From assembly GCF_001194135.2 (NCBI RefSeq), contig NC_068986.1, positions 100,230,942-100,294,941 on the forward strand: 64,000 bases of DNA. Reading direction: 5' to 3'. Each line of letters starts with the position of its first letter. Position 1 is the first letter of the stretch. A program made the translations under genes and the position numbers. The notes below the pieces were generated by a model that was not told the origin of the DNA, did no database searches, and saw only the letters and a program-made list of their open reading frames with translations. The stretch is from Octopus bimaculoides (lineage: Eukaryota). Positions 26,479-38,752 of this stretch are shown here, in pieces.

Positions 26479-26634
26479 TGATCGTTAAAAAACCAAATGT
26501 AAAAAACCCCCCAAAAAAACCAAGTGGATTGTGTCATTAATTGTTGCATATGTCTAAATGGTCTCTTAGTTCAGCCTGATCTGTTTTATGATCGTATATT
26601 TTTTCGACATCGTATAATTAATTTGTTCCTCAAG
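26479..26634 (+). other. Candidate non-coding (UTR-type) exon
   Basis: About 30-nt pyrimidine tract ending TTTTCAG upstream and AAG|GTAAGT downstream; stops in all three frames. Confidence 0.35.
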
Positions 26635-26869
26635 GTAAGTTTCGTTTGTCTTATATAATCTTCTGCACATCCAGTATATTTAACAGCGTGAGATAGTATC
26701 TTTGACGCGCAGTTAAATTTCTCGGGATGAAAATAGCAACATCTTCTGTTTTTATATGTTAAGGCAATTTCATTTCCTCCTAATACTTTATCGCCCTAAT
26801 TTTTAAAGGATAACTTCATATTTACATGTTCGTATGGATGTATAAATACAGATGTCATTATCAATAGAT

Positions 26870-27100
26870 ACTAAGGTATTTAATAGATATTTACAGGGAG
26901 ATGTTGCTTGTGAAATGTTTATGCATCTTCCGGCATTCCAATACCAAATTTAGTTTGCAGATGACAGTACATCATTACTTCGTACGCTGCTTTATACTAG
27001 ACAGATTCACGCATGCTCTACTGGACACTTATGAGTCTGTATTCGAGTAGGACCTATGCTTTTTATCTTTATTATTTAAACTTTCGATGATAATGTTACA
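26870..27100 (+). mobile_element. CR1/L2-type RT catalytic-domain fragment
   Basis: FADDST at 26954, preceded by VFNRYL and followed (frameshift) by LLDTYESVFE*. Confidence 0.55.
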
Positions 27101-28082
27101 TGGGGTTACAGCTAATTTAAAATTTGTATTTGAAAGTCGAAAATCAGTGGCACTCTCCAGATGGATTTCAAGAGTATCTTAATTACCAATTTGCAGTCCT
27201 TTCTGGTAATTGTAAACTGAGGCAGCATACAAAGAGGAAGGGATGTAGTTTTTAGATATCTTACACTGTCATTATGCGAGCTTCTTTCTTATACTTATTG
27301 CTAAGAAATCTTGAATAACACTCACTTTAAATTCCCGGAATAGCGAATATTACCAGATTATTTTCAGGATACAAATAATGTGAAATAATTATCTCAATTC
27401 GGAACGCATTCTGATTTCTACTCTTTATGATATATTACAACCATTCTTCACCAATATGTAAAAAGATTATGTTTCAGACTGCTGCTTTAATAGGGTTGTA
27501 AAATAACACCATCATGAGGACGAGATATACAAAATTAGTGGCCGATGTTACACGTACTAATGATAATCTGGATTAAATTCTTTGTATCATCAAAATGTAT
27601 TGCATACCTTCCGGAAATTATTTCATTTCCTCTACATAACATCTCTTCCTATCTTGATATTTATAGTGAAAAACATAAGAGTAAGGTAGGTTAAGTGGTA
27701 TCATTTAGTCTGGGACATGCTGACAGAGGAAACTTACTGTTATAATTCTTTTAAATTTCATCTATCTGTCTGTCTTTGCAGCATTGGTACTGTAATCGGC
27801 AAACTCTATAATGATTCACGTTTAATCATCGATTATGATATCTTATATAGCTCATGATTTCATCCACAAGTAGCTCCTCTATCTCACCTTAAAAGGGTTT
27901 TCGACATTTAGCATAGTATCACTATTATTTCTTGCGTAGATTCAATATCCTGTTTGGTAACATTTCATAACATTTTGTTTTCGCCTATTACAGCTTAATT
28001 ATTCTTTTAACAATTGGCAAATTGGATTCCCAGTCCAGTATATCATGCGGGGAAAATAATGTAAAAAAAGCTCGGTTGCAAA

Positions 28083-28452
28083 GTGGAATCCACTCACAAG
28101 GCCATTCTAGAAAACCCTTGCCCAAAATGCCACGCACTGGGATTGAACCCACAGTCATGTGGTTGGTAAGAAAGCTTCTTACCAGAAGGTGGCGAGCTGG
28201 CAGAAACGTTAGCGCACCGGGCGAAATGCTTAGCGGTATTTCGTCTGCTGTTACGTTCTGAGTTCAAATTCCGCCGAGGTTAACTTTGCCTTTCATCCTT
28301 TCGGGGTCGATGAATTAAGTACCAGTTACGCACTGGGGTCGATGTAATCGACTTCATCCTTTTGTCTGTCCTTGTTTGTCCCCTCTATGTTTAGCCACTT
28401 GTGGGCAATATAGAAATAAGAAAGGTTCTTACCACACAACCACTCCTGGGCT
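28083..28452 (-). mobile_element. SINE family B (CORE-like, tRNA head) 5' part, split by a family A insertion
   Basis: AATCCACTCACAAGG, CCTTGCCCAA, TGCCACGCACTGGGATTGAACCC, CTTCTTACCACACAACCACTCC match 46243-46633 and 35857-36236. Confidence 0.85.
28185..28417 (+). mobile_element. SINE family A, well-preserved full copy with 17-bp target-site duplication
   Basis: Complete head, body and long tail; duplication 28168-28184 vs 28418-28434 (16/17). Confidence 0.93.
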
Positions 28453-28499
28453 TGACACACACACACTCACACACACACACACACATACATATATATATA

Positions 28500-28592
28500 T
28501 GAAGAACTCTGCCGTCGTTAAACGACGTATGAGGGTTTGACACATTCTTACCAAACAACCACACAGATGATTTGGTTATGGTGATCAAATGT
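28500..28592 (-). mobile_element. SINE/LINE 3' end fragment sharing the family C terminal hairpin, cut by gap
   Basis: CCGTCGTTAAACGACGTATGAGGGTT resembles the reverse complement of 56303-56330. Confidence 0.5.
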
Positions 28593-29335
28593 NNNNNNNN
28601 NNNNNNNNNNNNNNNNNNNNNNNNNNNNNNNNNNNNNNNNNNNNNNNNNNNNNNNNNNNNNNNNNNNNNNNNNNNNNNNNNNNNNNNNNNNNNNNNNNNN
28701 NNNNNNNNNNNNNNNNNNNNNNNNNNNNNNNNNNNNNNNNNNNNNNNNNNNNNNNNNNNNNNNNNNNNNNNNNNNNNNNNNNNNNNNNNNNNNNNNNNNN
28801 NNNNNNNNNNNNNNNNNNNNNNNNNNNNNNNNNNNNNNNNNNNNNNNNNNNNNNNNNNNNNNNNNNNNNNNNNNNNNNNNNNNNNNNNNNNNNNNNNNNN
28901 NNNNNNNNNNNNNNNNNNNNNNNNNNNNNNNNNNNNNNNNNNNNNNNNNNNNNNNNNNNNNNNNNNNNNNNNNNNNNNNNNNNNNNNNNNNNNNNNNNNN
29001 NNNNNNNNNNNNNNNNNNNNNNNNNNNNNNNNNNNNNNNNNNNNNNNNNNNNNNNNNNNNNNNNNNNNNNNNNNNNNNNNNNNNNNNNNNNNNNNNNNNN
29101 NNNNNNNNNNNNNNNNNNNNNNNNNNNNNNNNNNNNNNNNNNNNNNNNNNNNNNNNNNNNNNNNNNNNNNNNNNNNNNNNNNNNNNNNNNNNNNNNNNNN
29201 NNNNNNNNNNNNNNNNNNNNNNNNNNNNNNNNNNNNNNNNNNNNNNNNNNNNNNNNNNNNNNNNNNNNNNNNNNNNNNNNNNNNNNNNNNNNNNNNNNNN
29301 NNNNNNNNNNNNNNNNNNNNNNNNNNNNNNNNNNN

Positions 29336-29372
<37 letters not shown>

Positions 29373-29956
29373 CATACATACATACATACATACATGGAAA
29401 TATATACGACTGTGTATATGTAAATGAGCATATATATTCGAGAATTTACATGTGCAAATATATTATCCGGCCAATAACTTGTTCCTGGTCCTAATCTATT
29501 CACACATAGCCCACTGTTCAGAGATAGACAGAGATATCATATATCATGTTCGTAACTGTGCATCTGACTTATAATGTTAAAATATTACTACCCTACACAT
29601 TAAACTAGATATGAACGAAAGAAAGTATTAGCTTAAAGCCGACATTGCTATTTCACACACGTTCTGTAAGATATTACATGCCACAGGTAAAATTACAAGT
29701 TGATATGCCATTAGAAAGTGTATGTGGAAAATAATTGAATTTCGTTTAATCGTCATCTTATTAGATGGATATGACTTGACGATATAATTACCAATTAACT
29801 TTATGTATACTGGTCAACACTGTGGAGAGAAGTTTGTTGAGTTGAACGCTATTGAGATGGAGTTAATGATATGTAAATTGTAGACAGTACATGATTTCAA
29901 TACTGGTTTTATATCATAGAAAATAAATTTATATAAAATATATATATCTAATTTGT

Positions 29957-30237
29957 GGAGGAACATGGCCTAGTGGTTAGAGCAGCGGACTCGCAGGCGA
30001 GGGATCACGGGTTCGAATCTCAGATCGGGTGATGCGTGTGTTTATGAGCTAAGTTCCATACGAATCCGGCAGAATGTAATGGTGATCTTCTGCTACATCC
30101 TTCGCGACAATTTTTTCTAACTCTTTCCTCCTGGTACGGCGTCTCGTCCAGGTGGGTTATCTATACTCCAATGAAACCAGGAAACCGGCTCTTATGTTCC
30201 GAGCATGGCACGAGAAGGAACAAACAACAACAACAAA
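29957..30237 (+). mobile_element. tRNA-derived SINE (family C-related)
   Basis: A-box TGGCCTAGTGG, B-box GGTTCGAATC near 30010, head similar to 55964, (CAA)n tail. Confidence 0.85.
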
Positions 30238-30466
30238 CATATTTCTAATCTAAATAATATGAATAGTATACTTGTATATATGCATACATACAGTAACCAC
30301 ACTAACTATACTGTCATCACGGAAAATATGCTCTTGAGTAAGTTAATGATATGAGAGGTACAAGTAATTTGTTTCTCATTTTGAAAACTAGAACGAGAGA
30401 CTGGGAATATATATGTGTATAGATAAATATATATGTACATATATGCATATACACACACACACACAT

Positions 30467-30521
<55 letters not shown>

Positions 30522-30805
30522 TACACTTACGATTTTATCAACGTTAAAACTTTGATGAAAAATAAACGAACATTATATTAATCAAGACATGTTTGTGACA
30601 TTTTTGAACTTCTGAACGCATATTCGCTGCAGTTCTCGCTTACGTTAATAGTTATATAAACAAGATAGTTTCTCACATCTCCCTGATGCTGAATTGCCAG
30701 ATGTCTCTTTAGTCTTTATCGGTAGGAGATACCGACGAAAAATAACTAGAGCCGATTCTAATGATGGATTTCCAACGTAAAATAGTAAACAATTATTGAG
30801 ATGCA

Positions 30806-30882
30806 TTACCATAACAGAGAATCTATCCTTTACAGTAGTCGTAGTTACTTTCCTTTCAGATGTTGAAATATGTAATATGTCA

Positions 30883-30977
<95 letters not shown>

Positions 30978-31098
30978 GCTAAGCAATGATGTAGCATCAA
31001 CGAACTTTATGTTAATGAGATATGTTTGTTACATATTTCAATATCCAAAGGCAAATTCACTGTAGTTACGGTGGAGAGAAAATTCTCGTTTATGGTAA
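30806..31098. mobile_element. Candidate decayed fold-back element / MITE with central (CA)n
   Basis: Imperfect inverted arms 30806-30875 and 31029-31098 share TTACCATAA, GAGAAT and TTGAAATATGTAA blocks at matching spacing. Confidence 0.55.
30885..30974. repeat. (CA)n microsatellite
   Basis: Direct reading. Confidence 0.97.
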
Positions 31099-33116
31099 AA
31101 GGTGTGTCCCACTGGCGAGCTCTCAGATTCATTTCTGACTTTTTAGCTGTACTCAACTTGAGAGACCGAAGGCAGAACACTCGAGCAGATTCGAAAGCTT
31201 TGCGCAAGTGCTGTGATCAGGACTTCAAAGATAGTCCTGCTGGAAGTGTGGAAGTCATTTCGAAGGTTGAAATTATCAACTGACTGAAGCCCCACGAAAA
31301 CTGACTGACAATGTGTATTAAGTGTGATAAGGGGATAGAGTTAGCAAGTAGTTTCCGGTTCTGAGCTGATTCACGGAGTTACACAGATATATCTGGTGAA
31401 CTACCCAATCAATCCAGTAGAAGTTACAACTTTCATCTGTATATATAGACCTACTTGCTGTTACACCGTTTAATATAATATATGCGAAGATGTTACCAGA
31501 AACCATATAGGTGACATGGTCCGCTATACAAGCGAACCAATTCCTGAGAGCTAGCGAGAAGGCAATGCACAGATCCACGATTCAAATTCTGTTAATATAC
31601 TGCACGAGAGATATATACATGTTAAGTAATGGATACACGATCCGCAGTATTAAGAGAGATTACGCTATCTGTAGAAATCTATGTAGACGCTTTTCATGTA
31701 CCTTCCTCGTACTCAATATAAAAAATGGAATGCATTCACAGCAGTGCCTAATCCAGAAAAAGGACAAAATAAGGCAAAAACCAACAACCATTAACCGCCA
31801 CGACACATGTTAATTTGTGGGCAGAAACGTCAGAAACCAGAAAATGTCATCTCACATGTTTGCCATCGATATATAACATAAGAAATTTAGTTTAAAGTTT
31901 TTAATTTATCGAGTGGAATATCTGAACTTATTGAAAGGTCATTGAGATTGTCTGATAAGCATGTTGAGGAGAAACTGACTCAACATACGGAAACAATAAT
32001 CTGTTAATCTGTTAATTATGCGTCTGTTTGCGTTTGTGTGTGAGTGTGTGTGCATGTGTGTATGCGTGTGTGTGTGTTTGTGTATGTGCGTGTAGTTTGT
32101 GTGCATATGTATATCGTTTGTGACTGTGCTTATGTGTGAGTATATATATANNNNNNNNNNNNNNNNNNNNNNNNNNNNNNNNNNNNNNNNNNNNNNNNNN
32201 NNNNNNNNNNNNNNNNNNNNNNNNNNNNNNNNNNNNNNNNNNNNNNNNNNNNNNNNNNNNNNNNNNNNNNNNNNNNNNNNNNNNNNNNNNNNNNNNNNNN
32301 NNNNNNNNNNNNNNNNNNNNNNNNNNNNNNNNNNNNNNNNNNNNNNNNNNNNNNNNNNNNNNNNNNNNNNNNNNNNNNNNNNNNNNNNNNNNNNNNNNNN
32401 NNNNNNNNNNNNNNNNNNNNNNNNNNNNNNNNNNNNNNNNNNNNNNNNNNNNNNNNNNNNNNNNNNNNNNNNNNNNNNNNNNNNNNNNNNNNNNNNNNNN
32501 NNNNNNNNNNNNNNNNNNNNNNNNNNNNNNNNNNNNNNNNNNNNNNNNNNNNNNNNNNNNNNNNNNNNNNNNNNNNNNNNNNNNNNNNNNNNNNNNNNNN
32601 NNNNNNNNNNNNNNNNNNNNNNNNNNNNNNNNNNNNNNNNNNNNNNNNNNNNNNNNNNNNNNNNNNNNNNNNNNNNNNNNNNNNNNNNNNNNNNNNNNNN
32701 NNNNNNNNNNNNNNNNNNNNNNNNNNNNNNNNNNNNNNNNNNNNNNNNNNNNNNNNNNNNNNNNNNNNNNNNNNNNNNNNNNNNNNNNNNNNNNNNNNNN
32801 NNNNNNNNNNNNNNNNNNNNNNNNNNNNNNNNNNNNNNNNNNNNNNNNNNNNNNNNNNACACACACACACACACACATGTATGTAAATTTAAATAATCAG
32901 AAAATGGAAAAAAATATTTTGATCAACAAACGAACAAATTGAACCAGGTTCGTTGATTATGTTTTAATGAAAAGTATGACATAATATTTCTTACAGCCGT
33001 TTCTGCTTCCAATGTTAGTCGGTGCTTACGAAAGAAATTTTTCGAAAATAATATTCGTCATCTTCATAGCACATTCGATGCAAATGCGTATAATAATATG
33101 AACGAAAGGAAAAGGG

Positions 33117-33166
33117 AAGTGGAAAGTATTTCGGCTGGATCGTATTGAAGCACTAAGTGGAAAGTA
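33117..33166. other. 26-nt insertion flanked by 12-bp direct repeats, inverted copy of 33828-33857
   Basis: AAGTGGAAAGTA at 33117-33128 and 33155-33166; 33127-33156 is the exact reverse complement of 33828-33857. Confidence 0.9.
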
Positions 33167-33879
33167 CAGTGCCACGAGAAGAAGAGGTAATGGTAAATGG
33201 CATTACCAACACGGTCACTACCACTACTACAACCAACGATTCAAGCCAACGCACTAGACAACAATTATGTACCCATACAAAAAACGGTCCCACGTGAACT
33301 ATGTTGACGCCAGTAACGGGCAATTATGAACTTTAATTACATTTTTTTTAAACATGTATTTTTAATAAGGTTCGTTTTTTCAAGAACCGAAACATGTTAA
33401 ATATCTCTGAGAAAATTATAAATTAAAATTCATTTTTTATATATTGGCGTTTTCAAACTTCTTTTTTATAAATATATACCCACTCGTATGCCACCTACAC
33501 TTTTTTATCNNNNNNNNNNNNNNNNNNNNNNNNNNNNNNNNNNNNNNNNNNNNNNNNNNNNNNNNNNNNNNNNNNNNNNNNNNNNNNNNNNNNNNNNNNN
33601 NNNNNNNNNNNNNNNNNNNNNNNNNNNNNNNNNNNNNNNNNNNNNNNNNNNNNNNNNNNNNNNNNNNNNNNNNNNNNNNNNNNNNNNNNNNNNNNNNNNN
33701 NNNNNNNTATATATATATATATATATTGATATGTTTATATATATACATACATACATAATTATATACATACACACGCTCATGATAAGCCTTCTTGTTGAAT
33801 AATACTATAATCTGCCTTTGGCTTCGATTAGTGCTTCAATACGATCCAGCCGAAATATGGTGCACATAGCTGGTCTATA

Positions 33880-34300
33880 TGGTCCTTATCCATTTCAATC
33901 ATTACCTAACCTTTTCTCGGTTCATAAGACTTACGGCCTGTATCGAATGTTCTCTTGCACTACATTTCTAATAGTCTACTCCAATGCCTGAAGTTCTTTA
34001 GCGATGACCGCATTGTTTATCTGTGTGTACCACCGATAATGTTTGAAACTCGTTGTGTGAAATTGGTTACTTATATTATCCCAATATTGAAAATGGTTTT
34101 CCTCTTAGATATTATCGAACATTTCCCACCATAGACCTCCATTTTCGTCGAAACATCTTGTGCAAAGCATCTTGCAGCATCTAGAACGATTGCAATCTCT
34201 AAATGGAGATGTTTTGTACCTTTGACTACAAGGGTAACATGTCTGTTAATTTCTTGTGTTAGCATCTTATCAGCAAATGAGTGATTTGAAAGAAATATTG
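33880..34300 (-). mobile_element. RTE-like LINE RT fragment, decayed
   Basis: Minus ORF LSNHSFADKML...LDAARCFAQDVSTKM resembles SNLRFADDI...LDxAxxxFGMxIS. Confidence 0.45.
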
Positions 34301-35434
34301 GTTTGAAGAGTGTAATATACTTATAATTAAATACCCCTCTCAACCTCTATATAACTATGCACTTGTACATGCACAAACACACACGCACTCATACATACAC
34401 ACTCACAAAACACCACACGCATACACAAAAACACAGACATACGCACTCACACATATGCACACACAAACATACATTCGTTCACACACATCCATGCATATAT
34501 AATTAATGTGCGGCCTTTCGGGAAACCTGTATGGTAAGACCTGCTGCAAAGTACACCGATATCTCTCATATAATGAAAAAAAATAATGTTACGATGTGTT
34601 CTTGCGCAGCATTATTGTCTTCTGTACTGTCGTCTGCCACATTTTTGTCGATCACTATTCCTTGATTCACATACGTGTGTTTTACAGTTGTGTTGTTTGC
34701 ATATAAAATAGAAAGAAATAAGTAAGAATATCGAATGAAAATATAAATATTTAATGCCTGAGAGATGAAGAGACAGAATGTGTGAAGACCAAGAGTAAGA
34801 AACGAAGTTTGAGAAGGAACGATAAACAAAAATAATTGAAAGAAAACTACTAAGAGCACGTGCTTGGAAAACATATTATGGTAGTGTTGACCTAATTCGA
34901 ATTCGATATAATTTTATGGCAGCCAAAGTCACGTTCTATTCCGCCAGATGCGAAACAAACTAAATATATTTTATAATGATCATGACCGGTAAAATCTATT
35001 TATAATCAGTTTCGCAAAAGTACTTGCTTAGATCTAAACTATTTCAATTTATTTCGTGTGGAAATGTAATATTTTGATTCGTATTCATATGTAATTATAC
35101 ATTTTGCCTCCCTTCTTTTCATGTTTTCATTTTTATCACCTGCTCTTCCATTCCCTTTTAGTATTTTATCCCCAAAGTTACTTAAACGTGTTTCGATTAT
35201 CAGAACTTATTTTGCTGTATGTTCTATTAAATAAGCATTTCGCACACGTGTACATTCACGCACACACGTGCGTACATACGCGTGCGAGCACATCACACTC
35301 ACTCACACACACACAGTTACACAAACACACACACACACGTACGTAAGTACATAGACACACACACACACATATGTATACGTGTCTCTGTCTCACTGACTAT
35401 ATATATATATATATATATTTGTATGCATATATAG

Positions 35435-35467
<33 letters not shown>

Positions 35468-35856
35468 TATATATATGTATATATATATATATGATCATTG
35501 TATATATAGGCACAGGTATTTCCTACTACTTTATGCGCGTCTCTTCGATTTTAAACATTAGAGTCTCGAAATAGTCAGAGAAGGTGCTACATAGAAAAAA
35601 AAAAGAAACAAAATTATTTCTAACTTCTCAGGTTCTAACGCCTTGGGAACAGTAGGGACATACATGATGTGGTTCTGGATGCTTGATTTGTTAATAGAGT
35701 GCAGAAATCATTAGTTGAAAATCTTTGATATATGTGTAATCGCCGTATCAAAAATACTCATTTTTCGCACAGAATCAACGTTCTATTCTTCCGACGTCCA
35801 TTTTACTCTTATGTGGAAATATTGGCACAAATCTGGTGTTGAATCTTGTTTCAGAC

Positions 35857-36236
35857 ATTAGGCTGCGTCCATGCTAGGGCACTGGCATGAAGGAACTTTA
35901 GTCGAACTAATCGACATCAATTCCTCCTTTCTTTTTGAGCCTGGTACTATTACTATTGGTCCCATTTGCCGACCTTCTAGGTTGCGGGGACATAAATACA
36001 CCAACACCGATTGTCAAGCGGTGATGGGGGACAACCACAGGCACAAACACACGCACACATACGATGGGCTTCTATATCTATATGATGGGTTTTCATCCAT
36101 CAAATCTACTCAGCTCACAAGGCCTTGCTCGGCCCGAGGCTATAGTAGAAGACACTTACTCAAGGTGCTACGCAGTAGGACTGAACCCGGAACCATGTGG
36201 TCGGGAAGCAAGTTCCTTACCACACAGTCACATCTA
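35857..36236 (-). mobile_element. SINE family B, near full length
   Basis: Colinear with 46243-46633; tRNA-like head CCGGGTTCAGTCC and CORE-like CTTGAGTAAGTGTCTT on the minus strand. Confidence 0.9.
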
Positions 36237-36299
36237 CGATTACACAGCCGACAATTTAGGGAGTAGATGTGCAATATTTCGTAGTGGATTCATTTAATT

Positions 36300-37600
36300 T
36301 ATTTTTACATATTTTACTGTGCTTTGATACTTTACAGCATATAATCAATTCTAGACACACATTCAGAAAAATACAACCACAGACGATTCCTTGTTGTCAG
36401 ATTAGCAGAAATTTGTTTTTCTTTATTCATGTTCCAGATAAAAGACTTCATTAAAATGACAAATATTTGACAACAACAAACCAAATTTCCAAACAAACTT
36501 TTAGACACAGATTAGAAACATATGGCTGTAGATCACTGGATTTTATTAGTGAAAATTTCCTGAAGAGGATTTAGTCTCTAAAGTCATTTATATGTACCAA
36601 AATCTTACTTTGAATATTGCCTGTATCTTAGGTAAGATTAATTCTAATGGTTGTTTGCATGAGTTGATGATAACATTCATTAATATCAGGAAAATAGGAA
36701 ACTAATTCATCACGTAGTGAAACAAATTCTTTCTGGACTATCACACTATACTCATTGACGTCATCACTTTGCAGTATAATGCTTTCATTAATATTCTGAG
36801 AAATGTCGTATCAATCTACTGAACTTCCTTTTGGAACAAAATATAAATTATCGGCAAAGTCTGTCAGGTTAATTAGGATACTTTGAAACACTTCCTTGAT
36901 GATATCGAATTGTAAGAAACACAGTTCAGGTAGGTTTTACAGGCTCCTATTTTGCTCTCAGAACTTTTAGAAAGAAAATGGAAAATGACTACAATATCTT
37001 TCAGATATATCGTACAGTATTCATTCAGTTAATCTTTCATTCCAACTGTTCAACCTAAATTATGAATTAAATTCAATCCATCCCAGATTAAGACAAAACT
37101 TCACTTACACTAGCTTTCAATAAGTATAGCATTTCTTTGCTTCATTATCTTCAAGTAATGAATTTCTTGCAGCGACTCTAGCACAATAGACTCAAGTCTT
37201 CTCTAAACTCTTTGCCTGTTAGAGAATGGTATACCATTTCTCCCATAGGGTTTCTGATTGTGCAAGTTATTGCAGTTGTAGCGTTGCGATGCCCATTTGA
37301 AATACTAGCACAATATTTGTAATTCATTACTGCAATCCCTGTGTCTGTAACGTTTAGGAGATGATCTGACTGTCCAAATGTCAATGTGTTATACTTTTTA
37401 CTATCCAAACCTAGGCACTGGCTGCAGTAGTTATATAATTTGTTTTGTTAACCTTGCAATTTCAGAGGAACAGGTGGACTCTGGTATGATGGTGTCTAAT
37501 TGGGTTTTGTCTGGCTTTTAGCAGACAGTAACTGTCCAATGTGACACGACAGTCTCGCCTTCTCACGAAAGTTGAAGGCAAAATTATCACCAGTTGACAA
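36300..37600 (-). mobile_element. hAT (Buster/Charlie-like) transposase relic
   Basis: Minus strand, with frameshifts and in the expected order: AKS..KP, ATTA, LWEK, KAS..KFCLNLG, EFVSLRDELVSYFPD, LQE..DSTA, NRNRL. Confidence 0.55.
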
Positions 37601-38245
37601 CTGATTTCCTCGTCTTGTCATCACTGTTAAGCGACCCTAGAGCATTGTTCTCAGGTCCCTGTGAATGAAGTATCCTGTCTGTCTGGAGGCCACTGATTTT
37701 GTCCAAGAGAAGGGCAAAGGCCCCTATAGCTCATCTTCTTGTATCAAAGTCTTAAATAAAATTCAATATGAATATATATTTTTAGATCGTTGGGCATTGA
37801 AATTCTATTATCTCTGCTGATATTGCACAAAATCTTCAATTAGATGAATGACAATTCTATCTTCCAAGTTAATGTTTAGGGTTTTGGGAATTTTACAGTT
37901 AGTACTGATTTTCTTGAAAATAGTTAACTTTGGTCTAGTTGCCCTTTTGTATTCACATGATACGAGAAACTGTAATTAGTTCCTAAAGCTAATCGAACGT
38001 TTTAATATTCTAAATAATTTTATACGGATATGTCTATCATTAGGCATATCATTGGAAGGTTCACAACCGTGCGTTTTTAAACGTTATGTCGATCAGTAGC
38101 TTAACGTAACTTTTAACGATTTTATTCGGCTGAAACTCAAAAATTATAGCATAACATCGAAAATTCGGTCAATTATCACGGTTAGCATTTTATAACAATG
38201 ACGTATAAACTTATATTCTTACATGCATACACATATACACACATG

Positions 38246-38279
<34 letters not shown>

Positions 38280-38512
38280 TGTATGTACATATATATGTGT
38301 ATATATATAGGTATATGTATACATACATACATATATATGTGTGTATGTATATATATTTACACACACACGTATATATATGTATATATATACATATATATTA
38401 TATGTATATGTATGTATGCATATATGTATACACATATACGTATGTATGTATATATACATACATGCACACATGAACGCATATTCGCATACACACTCACACG
38501 CGCAAATGTATA

Positions 38513-38692
38513 TTTCTTTAATGCCTACAGGGGGGGCTAAACATACAGGGGACAAACAAGGACAGACACAGGGATTAAGTCGAGTACATCGACTTAACTC
38601 GTAGTTATTTAATTGACCCTGAAAGGATGAAAGGCAAAGTCGTCTTCAGTGGAATATGAACTCAGAACGTAACGGCAGACGAAATACCGGCT
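38513..38692 (-). mobile_element. SINE family A, long-tail variant, 5' truncated
   Basis: Reverse complement matches body and tail of 28185-28417. Confidence 0.88.
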
Positions 38693-38703
38693 ATTGAGTC
38701 AGT

Positions 38704-38752
38704 CATAGCCTGGGCCGATAATGGCCGAAACCAATCTAAGTTATCTAAGTTA
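38704..38752 (+). mobile_element. Extreme 3' end (about 50 bp) of the CR1-type LINE seen at 42988-43570
   Basis: CATAGCCTGGGCCGATAATGGCCGAAAC plus (TCTAAGTTA)2 versus CATGGCCTGGGCCTATAACTGGCCGAAAC plus AGTTATTCAAGTTATC. Confidence 0.75.

Noticed and set aside
27782-27860. Strong acceptor followed by IGTVIGKL, cadherin-like
   Set aside because: Frame stops after 24 codons and no cadherin calcium-binding motifs follow.
29957-30030. tRNA gene-like sequence
   Set aside because: A/B boxes continue into a SINE body and (CAA)n tail with no acceptor stem closure; SINE head, not a tRNA gene.
31250-31620. Possible LINE RT fragment (GELPN, YAKML, PES)
   Set aside because: Motif matches too short and scattered to support without an alignment.
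37630-37680. Minus-strand YFIHRDL, kinase catalytic-loop-like
   Set aside because: No other kinase subdomains in frame; it adjoins the hAT relic and is probably chance.
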